From Octopus sinensis (lineage: Eukaryota): DNA of 43,642 nucleotides. A program made the translations under genes and the position numbers. A model generated the notes under the pieces. That model was not told the origin of the DNA. It saw nothing but the letters and a program-made list of their open reading frames with translations, and made no database searches. This document shows, piece after piece, positions 11,710-24,150 of the stretch. The stretch spans positions 1-43,642 of the forward strand of contig NW_021835339.1 of assembly GCF_006345805.1 (NCBI RefSeq). The letters run 5' to 3'. Position 1 is the first letter of the stretch; each line of letters opens with the position of its first letter.

Positions 11710-12330
11710 TAGGAAGACCAGGAAAGTTATAAATTTAGACAAGTGATTCATGATTGACAGTCTCAGGGAATTGCATCACAATAATAGCAGTAGAAAACAT
11801 AGTACTAAGACCAGCAAAACCCTACTGCATCATATGTATTTAGACCGATACAAGTAATGCCAGCGAAAGTCATAGTACAGAGACCGCGGAAAGTTATGAG
11901 ATTAAGACAAGTAAAATCATGGTTATTAAGACCAATGAAAGCCATAAAATTATTGAAAGTTTGGTACTAAGACCACTGAAAGTCATTGCACTAAGACCAA
12001 TTGAATCATAGTATTAGGTGCACCGAAAGTCATAGTTTTAAGAACTCTAGTTCTAAGGATAGGTCTAAGTCATAGCATTAAGACCTCATGGTTCGTAGGC
12101 CCCTGGTTGTCATGATACTAAGAGTAGAGTAAGTGATGATAATAAAGCCAAAGTAAGCAATGATATTAAGTTCAGATTTCATAATAAGACAGAGAAATTT
12201 ATATGACTAAGATCTGTGTAAGATGTGGAACGAAGTGCAACTGAAGTCACAAAACTAAGACAAGCAGAAGTCATTTCATTTTTCTTCTTTTTTTTTTGAG
12301 AGCAATGGTCGTCATGTTACTAAGATTAAT
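11710..12330. repeat. Cryptic ~24-bp minisatellite, consensus about GAAAGTCATAGTACTAAGACCANT
   Basis: Unit starts at 11865, 11889, 11913, 11937, 11955, 11978, 12002 and 12025; decays on both sides. Confidence 0.75.
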
Positions 12331-13004
12331 ATAAAACATAATACATAGACAGCGAACGCCAAGATACTGAGATCAGCAAAATGATGTGGTGTTATAGCTA
12401 ATGAAAACCATGACAGGCAGACGAATGAAAGTGATGGTTTTAATCTGCTACGAAAACCACGGTACTTAAGCCTAGCAAAAGTCTTCAGGAAGTTTTAAGA
12501 AACAAACCCATATAACAGCGTATATCCAAAGCTAAGCCATGAATAACAACATAATACATGAAATAGTAGAAACGAATGAATATAGATTACAGCTATGCCT
12601 CAATAAATCAAGCAAATATGAGTGTATATAAATAGCAGTTACGCCTCAATAACGAAACAATCAGCGTGTATAAACCAGTATAATATCTCGGTAAGGATAG
12701 GAGAGGTGTATTCAATTAGATCTTCTGCTACGGTAAATAAGCAGCCGACACACTGCTTTTGTTGTATTTTCTCCCCCGTTTACTATTTGTGGTTCTGATG
12801 GATAAAAATTTGTAGTTTTCGATATTTTGTGTGTGTGTGTGTGTTTTTTTTTTTTTCGTTTTTTTTTTTGCTTTCTTGTGTCTTGTGTTTTATATTTTAC
12901 AACATAAGTTATACAGATGAGAGAAGGAGAAGACAATATCGGATAGAAAACAACATATCGCTTTGTTATGAACAATTATTTACACTTCAACGTTTGCAAG
13001 AAGA

Positions 13005-13870
<866 letters not shown>

Positions 13871-14649
13871 TGTACCTGAAGCACCTTACGAAGCTTTTAA
13901 TATATTCTGATGAAGTGTTATATATATTTTTTTATCTAACGAGATTGCCTTTTCCGGCGTTTAAATGTCAGTTACTTTTCCTTCTTTCGTTGACGTTTGT
14001 CATTGTCATGACGTCACTGTTACTTCTGCTGTTGCTGCATCATCGGACCTCTGCCCTTTTTGCGATGCGTAGCAATACATAGAAATGAATTCATGCTTGT
14101 ATCTGCAACATAACAGCGCCTCATTTCTTTCATTGAACAAGTATATTTGTTTTGCAAATGCTGTAATGTTTTTCTGCGGCTAAAACGTAGAAGTAATGGC
14201 CTGCTTTGTCTATATTCATATTGCTCAGTTTATATTTATATTTATGTTTATATTCATATTATTCTCTCGTACTTTTCAAATATGATTCAATACATAAACT
14301 ATGTTCCTTCTGCATCTATTATGGAAAAAGTGTATTTTGTTGTATTTTGGAGAGATGGAAGGGGGGGCAATTTTTGCTGAAGGGGTAGTGCTTTGATCTA
14401 TTGTAGTTACAGTTTTTTTAGACGTTGTTTTAAGCGTTACTTGCTATTTGGTTGTTATAGCCTGGACAACGTTTTGTCTTTCTTTTACTTTTATGCAGGT
14501 ATAGTGAATGTTCGTACTTTATATTAAATATCTCATGGGATTTACGGTTGATGGTAGAGGGGCTAGCGATTATTCCTGCGCAATTACTTCACCGCTTGTT
14601 TCGACGTTTCAGATGAGCGCTTTAGGCCAAGTGGTGGAGCTTTTACTAC

Positions 14650-15400
14650 TATTGCTTCGTTTACTACTTTCGCTTCATACTTAAATTGTGTTGGATCTTC
14701 GGCTTCCTCCACTTTTAAGGTCCCCTGCATTTTCCTTGCTTCAATCATTTCTTCTTTACTCCCCTTGACATACCAAGCAAGGCTATTCTCCTCTTCCTTT
14801 ACACATTTACAACATTTACATATAGGTGCAGGCGTGGCTGTGTGGTAAGTAGCTTGCTAACCAACCACATGGTTCCGGGTTCAGTCCCACTGCGTGGCAT
14901 CTTGGGAAAGTGTCTTCTGCTATAGCCCCGGGCCGACCAATGCCTTGTGAGTGGATTTGGTAGACGGAAACTGAAAGCCTGTCGTACTGGGTTTTCAAAG
15001 AATAAGTCCCGGGGTAGATTTGCTCGACTAAAGGCGGTGCTCCAGCATGGCCGCAGTCAAATGACTGAGACAAGTAAAAGAGTAAAAGAGACTAATCCCC
15101 GTCCTCCTTCTTTCCCCCTTACAATCTTGTCGCATCACTCTTGAGGTATAGTTCCTTGTTCATTGTCATCAATTTATGTGTTCTGCGGTCTATCTCTTGT
15201 AGTTCATGCTTCTTCCAAGACACTATTCCTGCCCCATATCTCATCAAAGCAACCGCCCACGTGTTGCTCTAATTGCTCTAATCTTATAGCGACCATTTAG
15301 CTTCTATTGGAGCAGTAGTATTTATCTATCCTTTCATAGAACTGTATATTTTTTCTGTACCCTGGAGATATATTTACGCTGGTCCATATTTATCGACTGT
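14650..15400 (-). mobile_element. Decayed R4/Dong-clade non-LTR retrotransposon fragment (post-RT region), split by SINE-B
   Basis: Minus strand 15265-15119 reads NTWAVALMRYGAGIVSWKKHELQEIDRRTHKLMTMNKELYLKSDATRL*. After a frameshift it reads KEGGRGLV, and beyond the SINE it reads CVKEEENSLAWYVKGSKEE. These motifs are typical of R4-like ORFs. Confidence 0.8.
14824..15090 (+). mobile_element. SINE-B copy with internal deletion
   Basis: tRNA-like head (GGCTGTGTGGTAAG...GGTTCAGTCCC), CORE-like CTTGGGAAAGTGTCTT, tail cagtcaaatgactgagacaagtaaaagagtaaaagag; the deletion joins at a GTA microhomology. Confidence 0.92.
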
Positions 15401-15745
15401 GTAATGTTTAGTTCTTCTTCTACATTTGCTATTTCTGCAGTCGATTCGTCTCTGTCCTCGGTTATTGCTGGTCTGTTATGATGTGTGTTATTTTGTTTGT
15501 TATTGTTTTGTGCTTCAGTATTTGCCTGTCTATTTGTGTTGTTGATTCGCTGTACTTTTCTACTTATTTCGGGCTTGGGTAGCAGTGTAAAGAGTTTACT
15601 TTGGTTTAAGCCTTTTATTTACTGTTTGCAGTGTTGTCTCTCTCTTGTGTTTCCTTCTTTCTTTTGCATTTTCTTATGCGTTTTCGGAGATATAATGTCT
15701 GATATGCTGCTTTGCCTGATTCCGACCCATTGTTTTCAGTTATGA

Positions 15746-15976
15746 GGCGGCGAGCTGGCAGAAACGTTAGCACGCCGGGCGAAGTGCGTAGTCATATTTC
15801 GTCCGCCGCTACGTTCTAAGTTCAAAATTCCGCCGAAGTCGACTTTGCCTTTCATCCTTTCGGGGTCGATAAATTAAGTACCAATTACGCACTGGGGTTG
15901 ATGTAATCGACTTAATCCCTTTGTCTGTCCTTGTTTGACCCCTCTGTGTTTAGACACTTGTGGGTAATAAAGAAAT
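15746..15976 (+). mobile_element. SINE-A full-length monomer
   Basis: GGCGGCGAGCTGGCAGAA head, GTTCAAAATTCC B-box, body, tail gtaataaagaaata. Confidence 0.93.
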
Positions 15977-16030
15977 ATGAGGTGTTTTGTTTTATTTTCC
16001 GTATGTATTTCATATATTAGTTTGTCTATT

Positions 16031-16700
16031 TCAGTTTGGGGTACTTTTCCCTCTTGCCGGATATATCACCAGACATTCGCAAGAGTATTCCCCGAGACAC
16101 CACCACTGCCCTCTATCAATATTTCTCCTTCTCCATATTTGGTATGTTTCTCCTGTTATCCCTGTGTTTCCCAGGTATATTTTTGCAGTGTAGAATGTAT
16201 ATAACACTTCGATGTAGTCCTCATCCGTCCACCAATAAGGCTGGAGAAGAAATGCCTGTCGCAAAGTGTGTTTCGTAAAAGATGGATGTATATTATAGCA
16301 AGTATGTTGCGAGTGAAGGAACCTGTTTAAACGAGAATGTGAAAAAGGAGAAAGCAAAGTCTTCAGTGTGAGTATGTGGTTTGTGGGGTCCACCGCATCC
16401 TCCGCTTCATTTTTTGTTAATCACTCATTCTCATTTAATTGTATATATTTTAATTGTTTGTTTATTCATACGTTTCGTCTCATTCGATACCCTGATGTTT
16501 GTTTAGTCTGTCCTCGTATCGTCCCCTCTTTTTCCCAACCTTATGGTGAATAAAGAAATACTCTTTCGATTTTGTTTGTCGCTTGGGCAATGACATTAGG
16601 AGAGGGGTCTGCCTGTTCAGAGTTAACATTTTGGCAGAACACCGTCTCTGGGCGTGTGCTCTTATTGTTTTCATAACTCGAGTACCTCAGACTCATGGAT
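16031..16700 (-). mobile_element. Highly decayed RTE-like LINE reverse-transcriptase fragment
   Basis: Minus-strand peptides MKTIRAHAQ..SAKMLTL..LLMSLPK, FFIHHK..EDRLNK, TNHILTLK and DEDYIEVLYTFYTAKI occur in the order expected for the RTE RT N-terminal half. Confidence 0.55.
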
Positions 16701-17056
16701 AAACATTCACCTTTATTTGTTTTCGAAGTTTTATTACCAAGCACATCTGTTGTTTCTCTCTATTTAAAACGAAACGTGTTGCCTCTTATATTTATTGTTA
16801 TTATTATTATTCGTCTTGTTTAACTTGTTTAAACACTCTGCGTTCTATGTTCTCTTGTTCATGTACGAAATGAACGAGTGCGTGTGTGAACTATATAAAC
16901 ATTACATTTATGTGTATATGTGTAGAAATGAAACTGCATATATGATTCTTATTTGTGCTCAGTTTTACCCCTGTAGCGACATCGCATTCTCGCGTATTGC
17001 AATTCTTGTATAGGCCAATAGCATCTCCGCGTGTTGTTTATATTTTCACACACGAA

Positions 17057-17665
17057 GGTGGCGAGCTGGCAGAAACGTTAACACGCCGGGCGAAATGTGT
17101 AGCCGTATTTCGTCTGCCGCTACGTTCTGAGTTCAAATTCCGCCGAGGTCGACTTTGCCTTTCATCCTTTCGGGGTCGATTAAATAAGTACCAGTTACGC
17201 ACTGGGGTCGATATAATAGACTTAATCCCTTTGTCTGTCCTAGTTTGTCCCCTCTATGTTTAGCCCCCTGTGGGCAATAAAGAAATAGATACTTAGTGGT
17301 ATTTCGTCTGCTGTTACGTTCTGAGTTCAAATTCCGCCGAGGTCGACTTTGACTTTCATCCTTTTGGGGTCGATAAATTAAGTACCAGTTACGTATTGGG
17401 GTCGATGTAATCGACTTAATCCGTTTGTCTGTCCTTGATTGTCCCCTCTGTGTGTAGCTCCTTGTGGGTAGTAAAGAAATAGGTATTTCGTCTGCCGTTA
17501 CGTTCTGAGTTCAAATTCTGCCGAGGTCGACTTTGCCTTTCATCCTTTCGGGGTCGATAAATTACGTACCAGTTACGCACTGGGGTCGATGTAATCGACT
17601 TAATCCCTTCGTCTGTCCTTGTTTGTCCCCTCTAAGTTTGGCCCCTTGCGGATAGTAAAGAAATA
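17057..17665 (+). mobile_element. SINE-A trimer (one head, three bodies) inside a single 16-bp TSD
   Basis: TATATTTTCACACACG at 17039-17054 and 17666-17681; bodies start at TTTCGTCTG at 17108, 17302 and 17486. Confidence 0.95.
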
Positions 17666-17960
17666 TATATTTTCACACACGCGTCTTTCTGTGACACTGT
17701 ACTTGACAGCGACTCTGTTCCATATATGAGAGAAATATTTCGGCGTCCTGAAATGATTTACCTTAAGAAGCAATTTTCATTCATATTTTTGCTGTTCCTT
17801 AAATCCTGTTTGCCATTGATTACAGATTTAAGCCAACTTCGCACGGAGCTCGCTCCTACAAGTTAGACATTTTTTTTCTCTCTAGTTTCAGCTCAGAGCT
17901 GCGGCCATGCTGATGTACCGCCGTTTGTTATTTGCATATTACTCTTTTACTCTTATACTT

Positions 17961-18788
17961 GTTGCCATAGTAACGAATCTAAAGCACGCAGAGTAAAGCT
18001 GCTTGAGAAAGATTGACCTTGAACTCTGCTGTGCATGTGCAGTAAGTTTTGACGTTCTAGCTCACTTCTACTGCTTACAGCGGTGCTTAGAAAGAAGATG
18101 TGCAGTGAGTGATCGTCGCACTGAGCATGACAGAGGCCTACGAAAAGTGTATGGAGAGGAGTGTTTGAGCCGCACACAAGTGCACGAGTGGTTCAGACGT
18201 TTTCAAGATGGACGGAAAAACGTCGATATTGACGAACGTTCTGGGAGACCAGCAACCAGCAGAACTGAGAAAAAGCATCGCAGATGTGCGAGCAGCTGTA
18301 AGGGGAAATTGTCGAATCACCATCCGTGAGTAAACAGAGGATGTACAGATTTGTCACGCTTCAGTTCAGTCCATTATCAATGAAGATTTGGGTATGAGGC
18401 GCGTGTCTGCCATGTTTGTGCAAAAACTGCTTTCGGCTGACCAAAAGGACACTCGGGTTTCAGATGCACAAGATCTCCTTGATTGGGTCGAGAACGATGG
18501 AAACTTCGTCTTGAAAACTCTATGTACGCTTCTGAGGAGGTATCGCCATGATTTGGGCCAAATTTGATAGATTCTCTGCTCAACTTTCTGTCATGGTCAA
18601 TGCGATGATCACACGCTACATGCCTTCACTCTAAGCACTGCTGTAAACAGCGGAAGTGAGCTAGGAAGTTAAGATTTAGTGCGCATACACAACAGTGTTC
18701 AGTATCAATCTGTGCCAAGCGGCTTTGCTCTGCGCGCTTTAGCCTCGTTACTATGGCAACAGATCGGATACTTATTGATCAGAACCCG
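17961..18788 (+). mobile_element. Internally deleted mariner (DD34D-type) element
   Basis: HTH region LRKVYGEECLSRTQVHEWFRRFQDGR...DERSGRP, then DLGMRRVSAMFVQKLL; catalytic domain absent. Right terminus cggatacttattgatcagaacccg plus TA. 45-bp inverted repeat at 17961-18005 / 18716-18760. Confidence 0.88.
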
Positions 18789-18864
18789 TATATATGCGTG
18801 TAAGCACGTGTATGTATACACAACCTGACATACGTGCATAGAGACAGACATACAGATACACAGA

Positions 18865-19345
<481 letters not shown>

Positions 19346-19764
19346 CTGCGCGCTTTTTCTACGTCTTGTTGCGTCGGTATATTTGAGTTGTTGGTCTGCA
19401 TAAATTTGCCGCGAATAAATTGATCTTCAGCGAATCATAACAAATAACAGGATATTAAGTAGCCTTCATCTTGCAGTGGAATATTATTTTTATTGAATTA
19501 TATTCTCTCTTTCAATGAAGGTTTGTTTGCATTATTTTTATCATTGACATCTATTCTGGAGATATATATCCTTTCTCTGTCTCTCTTTCTCTCTGTCTTT
19601 CTTTCTGTCTCTCTCTGTCTCTACCTATCTGTCTATCTTTCTCTATCGGTTCTCTTTCTCTCCTCTCCTCTCTTTTCATTCTTCATTGTCCATTTTATCT
19701 CTTACAGTTCTCGTTGTTATTCACGAAGAAAGATAAAAAGCACTGATAACTCAAACAATTGTTG

Positions 19765-19770
19765 AGAATA

Positions 19771-19825
<55 letters not shown>

Positions 19826-19882
19826 TAATAATAATAATATAATAATAATAATAATAATAATAACAACAACAACAACAACAAC

Positions 19883-19923
<41 letters not shown>

Positions 19924-20128
19924 CAACAACAACAGCAACGATAATAACAGTAATGATGATGATAACAATGATGATGAAGAGGGGAGGCGGGCGTCCCTTT
20001 TTCGGTGAATTTCACAACAGTGGATAGAACCTAGGTTAAGAAGTGAATAGTGTATATGCTGTATTACTATATATATATATATAATATAATATAATATATA
20101 TATATATATAAAATATATATATATACAC

Positions 20129-20211
<83 letters not shown>

Positions 20212-20213
20212 TA
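19765..20213. repeat. (AAT)n/(AAC)n and (TA)n tracts
   Basis: Directly visible. Confidence 0.93.
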
Positions 20214-20386
20214 GTTGAAATTTACAGAAAAATAAAACACGAAACAGGTGTATGAGCAACAAGCAAGTGTATTAGTTTAACGCTCGGGAAGTGAGAAAGT
20301 CTTTTACGTTTCGAACCTACGCTCTTCAACAGAAAGGAATAAGAGAAAATAAACAGAGAGAATATAAACAAAACTTGTGCATATAG

Positions 20387-20390
<4 letters not shown>
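20214..20390 (-). mobile_element. Penelope-like terminus between two (TA)n tracts
   Basis: Homologous to 9774-9930 and 32937-33011; carries a hammerhead-like fold. Confidence 0.55.
20301..20336 (-). ncRNA. Minimal type-I hammerhead ribozyme motif (A6U variant)
   Basis: Minus strand reads CTTT-CTGTTGA-A-GAGC(gtag)GTTC-GAAAC-GT-A-AAAG. Stems I and II pair, stem III is palindromic ACGT, and the triplet is GUA. Confidence 0.65.
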
Positions 20391-20424
<34 letters not shown>

Positions 20425-20594
20425 TGTTGAATTTTACTCATAAAGTATTGCAATCTTACATGTATACCATTCTGCCCAAAAAATGGATCTACAAATGCAA
20501 TATCCCTACGTATCTCACGTCTATTTTCTTTCCTGCACCTCACTCTCTATTTTCTATCATATCTAAATTAACTATTACTTAACTATTCTCTCAC

Positions 20595-20646
20595 ACTGTC
20601 TCTGATGAAGGGATATAATAAATATCCTGGAAACAGCTATAATACC
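20595..20646 (+). ncRNA. Degenerate type-I hammerhead motif (second family)
   Basis: ctgtct-CTGATGA-A-GGGATAT(aataa)ATATCCT-G-GAAAC-AGCT-ATA-atac. The core and 7-bp stem II are intact; stems I and III are mutated. Confidence 0.55.
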
Positions 20647-20759
20647 TTCTATCTATAAATGTTCTAAAATCTACTCAACCCTGGTTTTTTTATCTCATTA
20701 CGAAAAGCAAATTATATATATATGCATATTACAGTGTATATATTTCCATATACATGCAT

Positions 20760-20970
20760 GACAAGAACGGGATCAAGTGTCCTTCCCGAGTTAAATCCTG
20801 ATAAGGCTGGATTTTGCGGGCTTTGCTGGATACGACGCCGCTCCATCGCAGGTTTGCCATGAAATGAAGTAGTTTTCTCAAGAACACAACGCAATGCCTA
20901 GTGCAGGAAACGAAACTACAATCTTAGTATTCTGTTTCGAACACCCTAGACACTTAACCACGTATCTCCA
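20760..20970 (-). mobile_element. Degenerate SINE-D with V-domain-like tail
   Basis: Reverse complement: tggagatacgtggttaagtg head, gttgtgttcttgagaaaac core, ctgcgatggagcggcgtc tail; resembles 35487-35718. Confidence 0.65.
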
Positions 20971-21689
20971 TTGTACATACGCATACTCGTATAAACATTA
21001 AAGATACCTACGCATTGGCATCAGCTGGTATTAAGGTAATTCCAGACCAGTTTTTGTTTTGAAAAGAAAAATTAGTAAACGAACCACCAGTCACCCTTCG
21101 AGAAATCGCGGAAACTAACGAAGATAAACGGCCTTAGAAAATATAAATGTAGAAACAGAATGAATTAAGATATAAAAATACAGGTTGTTTATAGAAAATG
21201 TTTCGCGGAAGGAAAACGAAATTGAGACAACGACTCAAGAACGAAAGCGGAAGTAAAGGCGAAAGCTGCTAAAATCAGAAAATAAGAAGGCCGAATCAAT
21301 ACAAACCAAACCGCGCCTCTTTTTATATATATTTTTTTGTTTGTTTGTTTTTCAGTAAAGGCAGTAACGCTTATTTGAAGGAAATGAAAGAAACGATAAC
21401 ATGAGACCGAAAGTTGAGGAAAGCAAACTATTTTGGGGAGCAATTTTGGGTAAAATTGTTGAAGTCAATAATAAAGTATTTTGCCTAGAACAAGAGGGAA
21501 ATTGCCGAAAATGGTGAGGTGCACAATGACGTTACAATCAGAAAGTAAATAATAAAAAGCAATCAAAAAAGGTAGGAAAATGGAAATCAGTTGGATTGGA
21601 TTGTTCCATGATTACTTACTTAGACATAAAGGCTTTCACGTCTTGGGAGTCATGAAAGAGTCAAAGTGCGCAAGCGATCGCAGTTCCTC

Positions 21690-21840
21690 GCTTCTCTCAA
21701 TGCGTCGTCATTCCAGGTCCACTTTTAATCAGCTACATGTTGATCGTTTAGTGGCAGCTCCTTTTTGGGTGTCCTCTCCGACTCTTTCCATAGGTTTTCC
21801 ACTGAAGAACTTGGTTGGCGAATGTCTCTTTCCTTAAGTT
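21690..21840 (-). mobile_element. RTE-like LINE C-terminal fragment
   Basis: Minus strand ETFANQVLQWKTYGKSRRGHPKR resembles the RTE C-terminal W.P.GKR.RGRP motif. Confidence 0.5.
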
Positions 21841-21898
21841 TTCCACTGAAGAACTTACTTGGCGAACGTCTCTTTTCTTAAGTTTTCTACTGAAGAAA
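21794..21898. repeat. 44-bp tandem repeat, about 2.4 copies
   Basis: gttttc(c/t)actgaagaa starts at 21794, 21838 and 21882. Confidence 0.9.
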
Positions 21899-21953
21899 AC
21901 GGCGGTGGTGGTGGTGGTGGTGGTAGTAGTAGTATTATTATTATTATTATTAT

Positions 21954-21991
<38 letters not shown>

Positions 21992-22252
21992 ATGATGATG
22001 ATGATGATGATGATGATGATAATGAAATGATAAAATAAATAACAACATAGAGTAATATATACACGGTTTACAATGAAAAGGAAAGGACTTATACATAACA
22101 TGCGAAGATTTTTAAAAAGCAGGGGTGACAGAGATGTAGTCTTCCTGTAGAGATGTAGTCTGCCCTCTAGGGATAATCGAGAAACACCACTGTCCAAGAT
22201 GTCCCTGAACAACAAGGGCAAGAGCCCTCCCCAATTCCCTTTCTCCGACTTA

Positions 22253-22617
22253 CAGTGGCCATGCTGGAGCACCGCATTTAGTCGAGCAAATCGACAACAG
22301 GATTTATTCTTTGGAAGCCTAGTACTTATTCTATCGGTCTCTTTTGCCGAACCGCTAAGTTACGGGGACGTAAACACACCAGCATCGGTTGTCAAGCGAT
22401 GCTGGAGGGACAAACGCAGACACACAAACACACACACACATATATACATATACACGACGGGCTTCTTTCAGTTTCCGTCTACCAAATCCACTCACAAGGC
22501 TTTGGTCGGTTCGTGGCTATAGTAGAAGACACTTGCCCAAGGTGCCGCGCAGTGGAACTGAACCTGGAACCATGTGGTTGGTTAGCCAGCTACTTACAAC
22601 ACAGCCACTCCTACGCT
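22253..22617 (-). mobile_element. SINE-B near-full-length copy (tail clipped)
   Basis: Complete head, CORE-like block, internal (TG)n and body; used here as the reference for the other B copies. Confidence 0.92.
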
Positions 22618-23179
22618 TACAACGAGTGAATGTTTCAGATGAGATGTTGACGTTTGAATTTAGTGGTCTGACAAAATCGCACGGACCTGTGCAGTTCCTG
22701 GAAAATCTATTCATTACAAGTTTGTATATCGTGTGAATAACATGTGGAAAAAAAGGTTGGGTCCGGATCAGGTTCATTTGAGGCTCCGATAAACTTAGGT
22801 CAATAGAAAGAGTTCGAAGAGCTGATTAATGGATACCTTGACTACTGATCTACGTTCGTTGAGGTTTTGTTATAGAATTTTGTTTCTTCCCCCAGAATTC
22901 TGTTTGAAAGCATAACAAATAGCAAGAACATATTGCTGGGTAAACAAGAGAGGAGGGAGAGGGTTAAACGGGTAATGATGATAATACAGGCTATTCATAG
23001 AACATTGTGTGTTTGGATCTGTGGATCTTATTTTGTAATAGATCGATAGATTGGCGTATACATATATAGTCAATGGGTCAATTTATGTATAAAAAGCAAT
23101 CGATCACTGCCTCTATGGATCGACAGCTTTATGGCTTCTATGGAACGATGGATTGCTTTGTATGTTTGTGGATAAAGGC

Positions 23180-23335
23180 TTGTGTGTACGCACACACATA
23201 TATATATATGTGTGTGTGTATGTGTGTGTGTGTGTGTGTGTATGTGTATATATATGTGTGTGTCTGTGTGTGTGTATGTATATGGATTCCTTTGTATGCT
23301 TGCAGATAGAGGATTACATATATATATTACATACA

Positions 23336-23398
<63 letters not shown>

Positions 23399-23496
23399 AT
23401 ATATATATATATAATATATTGTATATATACATATATATATACATATTATATATATGTATATATATGGATTCCTTTGTATTCTTGCAGATAGAGGAT

Positions 23497-23547
<51 letters not shown>

Positions 23548-23556
23548 CACACACGT

Positions 23557-23614
<58 letters not shown>

Positions 23615-23755
23615 ATATATACATACATATGCAAACACCACACATATATATACATATGTGTACATATATGAATATATATCTATGAATACACACGCACGCA
23701 CACATACACACACACACACATACACACACACACACATATATACACACACACATAT
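23180..23755. repeat. (TG)n/(TA)n/(CA)n tracts with a duplicated 40-bp unique insert
   Basis: tatggattcctttgtat(g/t)cttgcagatagaggattaca at 23281-23318 and 23463-23500. Confidence 0.9.
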
Positions 23756-24150
23756 GCAAGGATCTATGGATTAAATTGTGTTTGGTGATGAAGGAAGAAA
23801 AGCCGTGTGTGCATAGCACGGATCGCTTTGTATGTTTATAGCGAAATAGATAGATTTTTTTTGTACCTTTATATACGTGATATTAAATTTATTGTTTGTG
23901 AGTATAAAATGACGATAGAGCGTGTAGTCTATATTATGTATATCGATGAATATATTTTTATGTGGAACGATATACAATAATTGAGTTTGAGGATCAATGG
24001 ATTTTTGTATGCTTTGATCAATGAAATACTCCAGTTGATTGATTTCCATGGTTAAGTAGCCTTCTATTTGCTGGATTGGCTGGATTCGGTATTTTTCAGT
24101 AGTGGAAAATGGCTGTATCTGAAATGATTGTAGTTCCTGCCTGATAGCAG

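Noticed and set aside
14010-14017. Perfect CRE palindrome TGACGTCA
   Set aside because: A single 8-mer is unremarkable in 43 kb without supporting context.
15400-15740. Continuation of the R4 or RTE coding sequence
   Set aside because: A-rich on the minus strand like LINE DNA, but I found no recognisable peptide motif.
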